64,000 nt of DNA. It comes from Mytilus edulis (taxonomy: Eukaryota). Below, piece by piece: positions 37,501 through 50,400 of the stretch. Positions within the stretch are counted from its first letter, which is position 1; each line of letters begins with the position of its first letter. The position numbers and the translations under genes were made by a program. The stretch covers positions 58,218,001 through 58,282,000 of the forward strand of contig NC_092349.1 of assembly GCF_963676685.1 (NCBI RefSeq), written 5' to 3'. Under the pieces are notes generated by a model. That model saw nothing but the letters and a program-made list of their open reading frames with translations. It was not told where the DNA came from and did not search any database.

Positions 37501-40500
37501 GGATAACAAATTTTTTTACATTATATAACACAGCCATTCCAAAATCATTTATTTGAAATCAGTTAGTGTCAATATTCATACCCGATCATCATCTCCTTGA
37601 AATAATAATAGTCAACAAAATAACAACACCATTTTAATTTTTCTTGGGTCAAGAGCCATAAAAATTTAGAAGATTATTGAAGCATTTAGAATTATAAAAA
37701 ATGTTAACAATTTATTGAAATAAATATTCCCAAAGTGGGTATTCTAACAAACTTGAAATTAAGCTCATCTTCAACTTTACCAAGTGAGCAATTTAAACAA
37801 AGACGCTCAGATCTTTCTATATGTTTTTTTTTTAAATGTCTGTCTCACTTTTAAAGAATGAATGCTTATTTCCGTTTTAAAAAACCTGAAGTTTTAAAAT
37901 CTGCCTTTTTTAAAACATTTTTTTAATAGAAAAAAAAGAACTTTACTCCCCTTTTTCTGAGAAATTGTTTGAAGTTTCCTTCAGTCTATTCCAAAATGTT
38001 GACTAACTTTCCTATAGATTTTTTTTAAACTTACACAAAGAAGCAAGTGATTAGTCCACATTTGGTAACTTAATCTCTATTGGAATATAATCTATATTAG
38101 AGTCAGTATCATGTTTTTACATAAGAAATACATAATTGTTTACAAGGTAAGATTGCATCAAATAATAATCCTTCTTTCAAACCTCACAGTCGTAAACAAT
38201 GTTTTAATATTGATCAAGTAATAGTAAAATAAATAGTAAAACCAGCTAGCAAGCTCTCCCACAGCAATGTTACTGGACTTTCTGTTCACACCAAGAATAT
38301 ATTTCGTAAATTTATATGAGTTTTTTTTAGAAGAATCCTGACCGAAAAAAACTTTTCCTACAAAACATTCCCTGTATTGCACTGTTATATAATTATAATA
38401 TGTGTCTTAAAGGCAATATTATGGTTAGATGATGACAAGCATCTCTGAAGCTTAAAACATGCTTTTAAAAATGTGTTTTTTTATTCATCTATTATGTTTG
38501 AATATACTACGAAATGTAAATGTGATTGCAAAATATCTTTATAATATAAAAAAATATAAGAAACGTGAAATGTGTCAAAAAAGGACAATTAGTCAACTGG
38601 TTAGAAATAGATGGAATATCTTATTCAAAATTAATAGATTCACTTTTTGTCGGACATCTTGCTAGGCCGGGGCTTGGCATGCTCTTCCTGGGAATATTTT
38701 AGAAAAAAAATGCGTGCAATTCTGTAACAGTATACTGGATGCAGGACAATTTACAACTTCAATCATAGACGATCAAATTTTCGCTAAACAAAGTCACAGG
38801 GTTTTCCGTAAAATGAACTATGATCAGATTGAGGACGATGAACAGATTATCAAAACTTCATGTGCAAAAAGTAAGACTGAGAAATAAAAGGACAAGTGTC
38901 CAAACAACTTATTTGAATAAGGCTTGCAATGTTTACGTACACAAAAAAAAATCAAAGTCAAAGGAGATTTTGTGACAAATGAAACCAAGATTTTTGTAGA
39001 AAATCCACAGACTTTAGAAATTAGTTTTTTTGTTAAAGAATTTTAAACATATCTTACTCACTTGTTTTTGTATGATGTGCTAGCGTTTATTGTTTACAAA
39101 AAGTCTTAAACAATCTATAAATTCCAAAAAAAAAATTGCTAATCGAGTCATTAAAGTCAACCTAGAAAGCGTTACTATAGTACCTTAATCCCATATATAT
39201 ATTGGTCCATATTTATATTTGTTTTAACCATTATCTAGATTTATAAAAATGTGTTTAATGAAATCATTGCTAGTCATGTGTGCAACACTAATGGATTGCC
39301 AAATATGAGAGTACGTAACAAGAAAACTTAAAGTCTTTCTACTTGTACTTTCATATTTGGAAATCCAGTGCTTAATATGTAGATAGGATAGACGGGGTGC
39401 AATGCTAGCAATGATTTAATCGAAGGCTGTGGATTTTCTATAAAATTTCCATATGTTTAGCATTATAATATCAACACAAAGTTACATATGACTTAATTAA
39501 TACAAAATTTTTAGCAAAAATAATTTAGAATTCTCCAAAAGTGTTGTATCTGCTTTCTTTAAATACAAATTCCCTAGCCACATCATAATATGGATAAAGT
39601 TTGTTTCATTTATTAAATGCAGAACACACGTTTCAGGAAAAAGTTGGTTATGGGAAGGAAATGCAGAGTTGGATGCGTTTTGAGAATAAAATAGAACAAA
39701 ATTTTCATATAGCGTTAAGTTACTTCGTTGTATTAGTCAAGCCATAAAACAGAGACTAAGAAATGATGATGAGTCGAAGAGGCCATAGCTGGTCTATGAT
39801 TATGTTCCTTTATTCTTAAAGAAACAGGCAAGGGTGGCTCATCGACTATAACATGTATAAGACTGAGTGGATTAACTTTTACGGCGTATATTCATAAAGT
39901 GTGCTTTCAGATTTAAGCGCTACGGAATGTTTACTTTCAGCTCTTTTTTTCACTACCACCCATTACGACAAATATATATCTTCACGGAACTTTTGCGTAT
40001 TTGGTCTTTTTTCAATAAAAATGATTTTACAAAGCGCTTAAAAACTGTTTTATTTAGTTTTCATCCTTTTGTTAAATGACGATAAATTCGTTAATTTTCC
40101 TATCAGAAGAGAATTACAAGATAAAATTACCGTCATTCTTTTTTCCGTGTGATTTGTTTAAAAGAATTATTTAAACAGCGGAGTTGAGGATGTGCTGTGC
40201 TCTGCTAATGTGCTTATATTCATGCATTTTATGTTTAAATTTTCCCGAATGATTTATAGTTGTATAGTGCTAAGAAATGAGTGTAAAGTGTGTTTGAATA
40301 TAAAAAAAAAATATGATGTGATTGATAATGCGACAACTCTCCACAAGAGACCAAATAACACAGAAATTTACTGTTCTAGGTCACCGTACGGCCTTCAACA
40401 AGGAACAAATCCCATGCCGCATAGCCAGCTATAAAAGGCCCAAAATGATAATTCAAACGAGAATGCCGTTCTTTAATTAATACCAGGTCATGGTCAACTA

Positions 40501-40911
40501 CTCGTACAACGCATGCCATTTACCAGTCATACGAGTTGTCGAACGTTACCCGGTATCGATAAATGTACACTATACTGCATACCGTAACAGTATACTGATA
40601 ATTCTTTTTTATTTTCTGTAAAAAACGAACTTGCTTTCTTTATTGCAGTGCAAAAACCTTGTTTTCTGTTTTTTTTTTAATATGAATTCTAGGTACAGCA
40701 TGCCGTACCAACGATAATTATTGGTACGGTACGGCGCCTGCCGTACCTGCCGTACCGGTCGCTACGCCCCTGGCTAAAAGAGATAACTACCACCACAGTT
40801 CATATGATGTACATGTATGTACCTTTGATCGCTATCTTCCTCTGGATAATCTTGGACGACACTGATGATATCAACACATGCCAAACCAACTACCAGGATT
40901 CTCTTAGTCAT
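28577..40911 (-). CDS. KHK: Ketohexokinase (PfkB family), 7 coding exons, 308 aa
   Basis: Exons 40823-40911, 35756-35872, 35029-35166, 33766-33838, 32036-32162, 29392-29506 and 28577-28844; all GT-AG and phase-consistent (927 nt). Translation MTKRILVVGLACVDII..WQRGGNAAN..GSRTILH..LDLTQYKWIHFEGR..LEIEK..IFVSKD..PWGEEGA..ETLAAGDTFNAAFI..VAGAKCG matches the KHK motifs I recall. Confidence 0.92.
29750..30707. mobile_element. HINE-like element with ~182-bp tandem repeats, in a KHK intron
   Basis: ATAACTGTGATTTTCAA repeats at ~29899, 30059, 30220 and 30380 (observed spacing ~160 bp); (GACGGAAT/GACAGAAT)n tract at 30558-30655; A-run end. Confidence 0.7.
30884..31410. mobile_element. HINE-like element in a KHK intron
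   Basis: Sub-terminal ATGTCACCC (30915) and a terminal stem-loop ATGTCACC...GGTGACAT (31378-31406). Confidence 0.55.
32619..33577. mobile_element. TTAA-type (Kolobok-like) non-autonomous element
   Basis: TIR AGGAGTAGGGGCA...TGCCCCTACTCCT extending imperfectly ~38 bp; flanks TTAA / TTAT. Confidence 0.75.
36216..36535. mobile_element. MITE (ATAGGAGGGT...ACCCTCCTAT)
   Basis: Terminal inverted repeat; the right junction is tandemly reiterated to ~36692. Confidence 0.6.
37068..40772. mobile_element. 3.7-kb hAT-like element with 5-bp TSD in the first coding intron of KHK
   Basis: Termini CAGAGGCGTAGCG / CGCTACGCCCCTG, subterminal GGTACGGCAG/GCCGTACC repeats, TSD GCTAA at 37063-37067 and 40773-40777. 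Confidence 0.8.
37640..38400 (-). pseudogene. Highly degraded LINE ORF2 3' fragment nested in the hAT-like element
   Basis: Minus-strand peptides KFTKYILGVNRKSSNIAVGEL and ERLCLNCSLGKVEDE resemble the C-terminal region of the LINE at 42.3-44.6 kb. Confidence 0.55.
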
Positions 40912-42111
40912 AGTCTTTATTTCATTTTACTGTCACTGAATAAATAAAAAGTAAATTATTTTAATAGAATATTTTTACAATTTTGTGAAGTGAGAAATAT
41001 GAATGTATTTTGAAGTGTTGTGATAATTTGTATTGTCAGCAAATTATTCAACAAGAGTGAAAATTATCTTTTCTTATTAACGTCATCTTCACCTTGTCAT
41101 ATAGTTGCAGAAGACAATACATGTAACATCAAATCATGAAAGTTCCTTTTATGGAACTTTTCAACAAAATAAAAGAAGAAAGGACTGATTTGTTTATCAA
41201 GATTATTTTGCATTATAAAAGAGAGGGGGAGTTGGAGGGGTCCTCATCTGGAAATCCCAGGCTTAAAAACTTGAAACCCTGAGGTCCCCAATTTAAAAAA
41301 AATTAAATCCTGACATCCCAATTCGAAAAAAGAATTCCCGCATCCCGAAAGGATCAATCCCAAAATCTTGAGCTTAAAAACATCCAATCCTGACGTCCCG
41401 AAAAAGGACTTCGACGTAAGGTGTCAAAGAAAAAAATTACAATAGCCTTTCAAGACCTCATAATTATTTGGACTAGGATCAGATTGTAATATTAGACATA
41501 TACTGTAATGTTAGAATTAGCTAGGCAGTTATAATTCCTTAGTTACAACTTATCAACTGCAGATTTGACTTTAATAGGTACAAATAAAACAATTGTCAAT
41601 AATAAATTTAAAAGAAAGTTTGAGTTGAGAATTATAAGAATTTAACACTGTTCTCCAGGTTTATTATGATGTGTACACTAGACAAAATTATAGAAACACG
41701 TACCCTCCCCCTTTTTTTCTTTTTCTCGTCTGGCTTATTTATTTTGTTTTGTCATAAGGATTAAATAATATACATACCCTAATATTACCAATTTTGATAT
41801 TCACGATTAAGTAAAACCCTAAAAAAGTAAAAGAAACGTGCTTGTTATCGAAGGTTTTGACGATGAAAACTTTGCAGCTGTTTCCTTTCCCAGCAGTGTT
41901 GTGTCCCTTGAAGTCAAATTAGTTGTAACGATCCCGATCTCAAAAAAGGATCTTTACTTTTAGGTCGTTTTATTTCCTGCTCAATTTTCATCGCCTCTGG
42001 TTTTATCCATTTCTATAACTTTTCTCTGATTTTTACAACAGACATATATCTATTAAAAAAATATAGCATTGTTATATAACATGTTTTGTAAATTTTTATC
42101 ATAATCACCTT

Positions 42112-42218
42112 TGATTGATTGATGATTGATTGATGATTGATGATTGATTGATTGATTGATTTATTTATTGATTGATAATTAATTGGTTGATTTGTTGATT
42201 GATTGATTGATTGATTGG

Positions 42219-42278
<60 letters not shown>
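42112..42278. repeat. (ATTG)n microsatellite
   Basis: Imperfect tetranucleotide array immediately 5' of the truncated LINE. Confidence 0.95.
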
Positions 42279-42279
<1 letters not shown>

Positions 42280-42299
42280 TGTGAAATACGCCAACTTTT

Positions 42300-44600
42300 C
42301 CGTAAACTGACCATTTCGAGGAATGTATATATTGCCTCTGATAATTTGGCTATAACTCTATTTCTGCTTGAATAAAATAATTTTGCAGATTAATTCATGA
42401 AACGATAAGTATTATAGCAAAAGCTGAAAAATATTGAAGATACTATTTCTTTTAACCCGGAGACAGACAGGCCTATTACTTGCTCTGAATTAAATGTATT
42501 TTAAAAACATAAAAAAATGGAAAAGCAAGCGGTCCAGATAGTGTGTTGAACGAGGTAATTGAATTTAGTAGTCCAGTAACTACCAAAGCATATGCTAAAC
42601 TATTTAATCTTATGTTAAAAACAGGACACTATCCAACTTCATGGAATTCTGCATACATAACTTTAGTACATAAATCTGGTGACAAATGTAATCCAAGCAA
42701 TTACAGAGGAATTTCTTTAATCAACTGTATATCCAAATTATTTAGTAGTATCTTAAATCAAAGAATGATTAAAACTATGGAAAAAAATTAACTAATGCCC
42801 AGTTTGGATTTAGAGTTGATCATAGAACTGCAGACAGTGTATTTATCCTTAAAACTTTGATTAATAAATATATTCATAAAAATAAAAGAAAACTTTATGT
42901 CTGTTTTGTAGATCTTAAAAAGGCTTTTGATTCCCTTTGGAGAATTGGAATGCTTTATAAATTAGCTAAAATGGGTGTAGGGAAACATATGTTTGAAATA
43001 ATAAAACAACAGTTTATTCATACTGAAGCATCTAAAAAATATAATGATAAACATTCTAGATTCTTTCCCATTGACCGAGGAGTAAAACAAGGGGACAGTA
43101 TTTGTCCCACACTCTTCATTTTATTTATTAATGATATAGTTGAAAATTTTGACCATAAAGGTTCAAAACCCTTGAGAATATTAAATTCTGATATAGGAAG
43201 TCTTTTGTTTGCCGATGACCTTATAATTTTATCCGAATGTAAAGAAGGTCTTCAAAATAGCTTAAATAACTTATCAAATTACTGTGAAAAATGGCAGTTA
43301 TGTCTAAATACTAAAAAAACAAAAACAATGATCATTGAACAAAGAACTACAAAACTGGAACCATACATTGTAAGGTTCAATAATGAAAAAATTGATAACG
43401 TTACTGAGTATAAATTTCTGGGCACTCTGATAAAAAATAATGGAAATCTAAATGCAAGTTTAACAGATTTAGTCAAAAAAGCTAGGAAAGCTCTGTTTTC
43501 ATTAAAAACACATGCAGCCTTTTTGGGAAATTTCCTGTTAATGTATCCTGTAATCTTTTTGATTCTCTTATAAAACCAATTTTAACATATAAGACATATA
43601 ATGTTGAAATATCATACATGGATACATATCAATCTTATTATAGAGCAAAAGGCAGATTAAAATCCCAAAAGAAAGATATAGATAATTTCCAATATTTGGA
43701 TAAGACTCCCTTCGAAAAGGTTCATGTTAATTTCTGTAAATATATTCTAGGTACTAAAAAACATCTGTTAATATATATATTAAATTAATAATAACACAAG
43801 CAATTCTTTATTGGGCTAGATTAAATACTGAAAACATAAACCCATTACTAAAAGAAAGTTATACATTGAGTAAACACCTTGATTCACAAGGAGTTTATAC
43901 TTGGTCCACTTTTATAAAAGATTCAACACAAGAAATGAATATTGATATACAAAAAGTAATGTCCAGTCAAAATATGGAACAAGTTAACAAACTTAAGACT
44001 TGGATTAAGAATATTACAAGTAAATTTTATTCAGAACTACTGGAAAATAAAATTAATTGTTTGAACGAAAATAACAAACTTTTTCTTTACAAAAATATTA
44101 AAGTCAAACAAGACCAAGAATTTTATCTAAAATATCACAATTTTGAAACTAGACATTTATTTACAAAAATTAGAATAAGTGACCATAATTTGCTCATTGA
44201 GAAGGGCAGATATCTAAAAATACCTCGAGACAATAGAACATGTCCAACTTGTAAAACCTTAGAAGATGAAAATCACTTTCTCCTCCACTGTCAAATTAAT
44301 AATGTTTTACGTATAAAACTTTTTAATGACATGGCAATAGATAATCCTATGTTTCCAAATCTATCTGATGCTCAAAAACTAGTAGTCCTACTAAATCCTT
44401 CTAATATAAACCAAGTGAAAAAACAGGTTCCTTTATAAAACAGTCTTTAGAGCTGAGGACAGGGGACTCTTAGTTAGTTTTACTTGTATATATATAGATA
44501 TGTGTGTGTTCAACTCAGTTATTTTATTGTTGTTGTTACTTTTGTTTATGTCACAAGTATAATGTTACTTATATGACAAATAAAGATTATTATTATATAT
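42300..44600 (+). mobile_element. 5'-truncated, frameshifted non-LTR retrotransposon (reverse transcriptase ORF2; RTEX/CR1-like, clade uncertain)
   Basis: RT motifs NYRGISL, QFGFR, FVDLKKAFDS, GVKQGD and LLFADD, plus C-terminal CPTC..EDENHFLLHC, split across ORFs 42543-42791, 42857-43573 and 43866-44438. 3' tail AATAAAG(ATT)n. Confidence 0.92.
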
Positions 44601-45088
44601 TATATTCTGGAGGATTTTGTAAAGTCTGACGTAATTTGTACAATTGAGAATTGATGCGTTTTAAGCATTCGTCGTTGAACATTGCATCATATTAAAAGTA
44701 CCGGGAAATAATACTGATAAAAAATCATTCCGTGCGATACAAATTTGAAAATTTAAACAAGCGAGAAAAACCTTGTGTACATGTATAATATATAAATGTA
44801 AATTGCGAAACGGTCTTTTAAAAAACTGACCATGCAATACAGACATTATATTATCCGGTCAACTAATCTGAGATAGTTTTGTTGTTGTTGTTGTTGTTGT
44901 ATCATATGGGTGCCGTTTTGATAAAATAATACAACAGCAGTAACCACATTCTGGATAGATAGATACTTTATTCTCTAAAAACTAGATACAAGTTTACAGA
45001 GAAAGTGTACCATTTGGACATTGACGTCTTCCCGCCGAATAGTTACGTCACCCAAGTCTTCATTGAGTAAACGACGAACATTACCGAC

Positions 45089-48000
45089 ATGGGCTCCTTA
45101 GATGGTTAGTATTGTTACGATTATATAAATTGTGACCGAGGCACTGAAACCGTTTTTTTGGGGTTTTTTTTTTTTTGTAATTCAAGACACCGCCGTTTTC
45201 AGGCTATGCCATATCAAGATTCGCCTTTTTCTAAAAGGGTCAAATATATGTCCTCTTTTTTGGAAGAGATACGCGATCGGGAACTGCTTTTAATTATGCT
45301 ATTTGTATAACACCATAGTGTCTGTTTTATGGTAGATCATAGCTAGTCTTACCCAAAATATGTCTTAGGTTCAACGAGTTACATAATTATACTGTCTGTA
45401 TATATAAGGGAAGACCAGAGTCGCTGCCGTGCACAAATATTATTAGGCTACATGAATACACTGTGCAGATTTCAGTTTAATTTTGAATTTATTAGAAAGA
45501 TAATCCCGGTTTAAACATTCATTTAGATTTCATGTACTATGCGGTATTGTCTTTGCTCATTGTTGAAGGCCGTACGGTGACCAATAGTTGTTAATTTCTG
45601 TGTCATTTGGTCTCTTGTGGATAGTTGTCACATTGGCAATCATACCACATCTTCTTTTTTATATTTCGATTTCATGTATACTCATTCATTTAAACTAGTA
45701 AATTGTTGAAACATGTATATTTTTTTTTAGATAGTCACGTAGGGGATACACCAGGAAAAAGAAAATGGTTTAGTCTGAAACGTCGACCAAGCGAAAAGAA
45801 GAAAATTATCAAAAATATTCTAGGTTTGTTCAATTTAAAAAGAAAACTGAAAAGTTGAAATAATGAAAATATTTTCTTTTTGCATTTGATGCATACAAAT
45901 AACTGCAATTTTTGGGTAGTTACTGAGACATTGCGCATGAAAGAAATGATAATTTCACAATGCCGGTGGAGAATGAATTTGTCAAGCAAAATGGATAGAA
46001 TAGACTCCCTCAATAAAAAGTCCATATCTAAAAAATAACAAGAATGGTATGATTGTTTAACTAAGTATTTAACAATGCTTTAATTCGTTTTATTATTATG
46101 TACGAAGCAAAAATGTGTTGTATTTATGGACTTCCAAATGGTAAATTCAATAATACACAAAAGCACTGACTGCAAGATACCAACCTCCCTTTGAACATGT
46201 TAACATTTAAAATAATATCAAAACATGTTTAATTTCTCAAACAAAATAATGTTTAAAAAAAAAAGAAAAAAAAAGACAACCGTTAATATATCACAACTTC
46301 AATTTTTTTTTTTTTAAATAACATTTTTCAAGAATAATTCTTTAACGACAAAGATAACAGGCGGAGGATAATAATCATTCCATTTTATTTACAAATAAAA
46401 CTTACTCTTTTCAAAAATAACCTTCAACGGCACCGATATTAATTCATATACATTTATCTCACTATAGAACTAGGTCTGACTTATATGAAAAGGAATTTTG
46501 TATCGACATTGAAAGAATGCAGAATTGCCCTAATTTAAAAAACTGATTTTCTTATCTAAACCCGAACATTTTGCTGATTGAGATTTTTTTCAACAGAGAA
46601 ACAAGATGTCCTCAGTAGTAAAATAACCACACTGACAGATGACAGAAAAGGAGCACAAGAGGAGCTCGGTGTTACAAATAAATGCATAGCTGATTTAACA
46701 AGCAAAATTGCTGACCTGGTTTATATAAGCGATTTTAGAAAAGGTAGAAAAATAAAATTAAAATGTATACCTCAACAATTTTGTTATTGTATGTATTATG
46801 CAAGTGAAGCCACAGACTTGTGATTTCAGATGAGTAAATGTTGATAATGCACATTGCGATGGGTGCCAGCGAGGCGCATATGTGCTACTCAAAAATCTGA
46901 TATTCTGTAGTGTTGTTGGATGGTCCAATGCATTAGGACACTGTTTGACATTGAAATACACATACAAATACTTCCGGATGTCACAAACAATTAACTAAGT
47001 ACGACTTGTGACTCTCAGGAGAACCACTTGCAACTAATATTATGAAGAAATAATATCTTACCTAATAGTGCTTCCCTTAACTATTAGTTAAGCTAACATG
47101 AGGGATTCTAAGTTAAAAGCTGTAAACTTAGTAAATTCTTACAGCAAATATGCAATAAAGATATTGTAACGTTGAAAAAAAATCCTGGTTGTGCAAATAT
47201 GTTTCATATTTGATTTTTGTCATGTCTAAGTCTACCGATACCAAACTGAATTTTTTTTTTTTAACATTTAGGTATACAAGCATCATATACTAGTACATGT
47301 TGCTAGTTTCAACTGAATTTAGACGAATGTGAAATATATGCTGCCGTGAGGTGTCAAGGTTTTTGTGCTTTTTTCTTCTTCTTAAAATCGTTAATTTCCA
47401 AAAACAAACAATAAACAAGCAAACAACCAAGCAACATAACAAAGTAGATAAAAGATGTAAAATAAGAAATATATACCTTCCCTCTGTAGAACAAAACCAA
47501 ACAACAAACTAACGAGAAAGTAAAAAACAAAAACAAATAAAGTGCCATTAAATGTTTATAATGAATACTCTTTACAATTAATTGAATATGTAAATTTTGC
47601 ATACACTTACAGAATTCGACGAGGATTTAAAACGCCAGCTTATTGAGGGACGAAAAGAACAAAGCTCACTTGCAGATGAGCTAAAACAGACGTACAAAGA
47701 AAAACAGACAGTCGAGCTAGAACTATGCAGGTTTCAAGCTCACTCTCAGAGAATGACATCTGAATTAGAGCAAGCAAATAGAAAACTAGACAGAGCCGAA
47801 GGTATATTTTGTATGTAGAATATTTTGCAGAGGCGGATTTAGGGGGGGGGGCAGGGGGCCCGCTCCCCCTTTTTTAGAAAAAAATTTGGTTGCTTATATA
47901 GGAAATCACTGAAGCGTGACGAAATCGGGCACCCTCTCAGGCAGCCAGTGGGCCCCCACTTGTGAAAATTTCTGGATCCGCCACTGTTTTGTATCTTTTT

Positions 48001-50356
48001 CTCGTCACAATACCATGTGTGCGGAAATTATTATGATCTCTCTATATATATCTATATACCTTTCAGGTATTCAAAACTTTACATCAGTTTTGTCAATTCA
48101 AATTTAAAAATCTGTCGATTTAGTAAAATGGAGAATTCATATTGTGATTGAAGTCAGTGGTGGATTTGGACGGGTTTTAACTCCTTATAAGTTTTTTTGG
48201 CCAAAAAATCTTTAAAAAACTAATTCCGATAATTACACCCCCTTTCTGACAATACTTCTTTTCGGCATTTAGTCGTTCATAAAATGAGCTTTTATTCGCC
48301 ACACTCCCTATTTTTCACGATAATTACACCCTCTGTTTTCAACACTGGATTTGCTATTGACAATGTATGGATTTTGAATAAAGTCTCAGTTCAGAATAAG
48401 TAACTATCAAACAATTTAAGTAACATTTCAGATATGCTGATTAAGTCTAAGAACAACATTAACAACATGAAGGATGGGAAGATGGATTTACATCTAGAGA
48501 TACAGAGACAAGAGGATGTCATACGAGAATTATCTGTCGACGTACAACTATTAAAGGAAAAAATATCCGGTCTTCAAGGTATTTCTGTTTACGAATACAT
48601 TGATATGTTTTACAATGTATTTGGCGGGTGTACAATTTCTCGAATGAGAAAGTTATAGGCTATTGCATTAATAATTTTGGTAAATATGGAAATGAACAAT
48701 ATAGTAAATCAATTTCAGATCTTTCAGTGCGTTCTTCATAAAAATAAAACACTTGCCGACGTATTGTAGGTTTGAGTTGATTTAATTTTGCATTAAATTG
48801 TTTTCATAATAAGGTTATAAATTTTTCTTAAAATGCATAATCAGCAGTATTGAGTAACTCAAATATTGGCTCCGAAGTTGTTGTTTTTTCAATAGGCCTT
48901 TAAATTATTAGTTTCTTGTTTCGAGGCCTATCTGATGGAGGGAAATTAGTTTTACTGAAGCCCATTTTTTGAAAAATACTAGTATGAAGGTAACAATTAA
49001 ACACATCGTTGGGGAAAAAATGAACTCCTTCAAGACAACACGTGTTCTTGGAATTATCTTCATCATGTTGACTACTCTTTTGACAAAAAATTTGAAAAGC
49101 AAACGATATAAATCAGCAATCTATACCTATCTATACCTGATCTTGAAAGTCACGAACATACTCATGCAGTTACTGTGGTAACACGATTATTTTTTTCTTA
49201 GGTGAAATTGGAGATGGAGAAAACAGAATCGAGAATATGAAAGAAGAACGGGCACAGCTTTTGGTAAGAAATATTCTATTTTTTGTCTCATTGGCAACCA
49301 TACCACATCTTCTTTTTTATATTCTAATACACTTTAAACTAATTAATTTCAAACATAGACTTTCTATACTAGTAAGGTAGTATGGAAAGTCATGAACCTT
49401 TTCAAATTCAAATTATTCGTCATTCTAAGCAATTCAAGTGTACGATTTGATGTAACAAACAGAACTTTGATTACAATTTAATATTCAAACAAGATGAGCG
49501 AAAGACTAAACATATGAATTAAATATCGGTTAAATCGTGTGTACAAATAATCATATATTAGTATTGATAATTTAATTGTTCTTGTCATATATTTTCTTTA
49601 TACTTATTGGCTATGTATCTGAAGTCGTCGTATTTTATTTTATTAGGAACATATAAGATATAAATCAAAATTTTACGAAGACAAACTCAAGATCTGCTTT
49701 TTACATATTACTGGTCTAAAGAAGGAGAGGGATCAACTTAAAGGTAGAAATAAAACCCATACATAATGATAAAAAAACCAACAACCACCTCCCAAAACAA
49801 ACAAAAAACAAACATATATATATATATATATATATGTACCGATTATCAGGTTATCTGCATGTTGATATCGTAAAATATCAGCTGCGAGACATAATATGAA
49901 GCTTTTTGTCGAGTGAGCGTAGCGAACGAGATCAAAAAGCCTTCATATAATGTCAAGCAGCTGATATTTTACAATATCAATATGCAGATAATCTGATAAT
50001 CGATTTATCGGGCTATATTTGCGTGTTTCAGAAGTGTTTTCTTTGTTTCACCAGCACACAAAAGATGACTTGATAAGTTCGGGTCAAAGTTATTAACGTC
50101 GGTTCAAACATTATGACGTCGCTGATATGTCCGGGTCAAAGTTATTAAGGCCGGGTCAACGTTTTTGACGTCACAAAGACATGATACGGAATAATATTAA
50201 GAGCTGAACAGAGTGATATAGACAGTGGGACGACCGATAAATATATATATACGAGTCTAAATTGAAAACTACGTTCAAACCTATGATTGCGTTGGATAAA
50301 AACCGCAATTTTTATACGTGTGCATGTAAAACAAATTTCGTTGTAGAAGGGTCTAA

Positions 50357-50400
<44 letters not shown>

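Noticed and set aside
39300-40250. Transposase remnant inside the hAT-like element
   Set aside because: Looks decayed-coding, but I could not recover any recognisable motif by eye.
42013-42294. ORF with (INQS)n repeats
   Set aside because: Translation of the (ATTG)n microsatellite.
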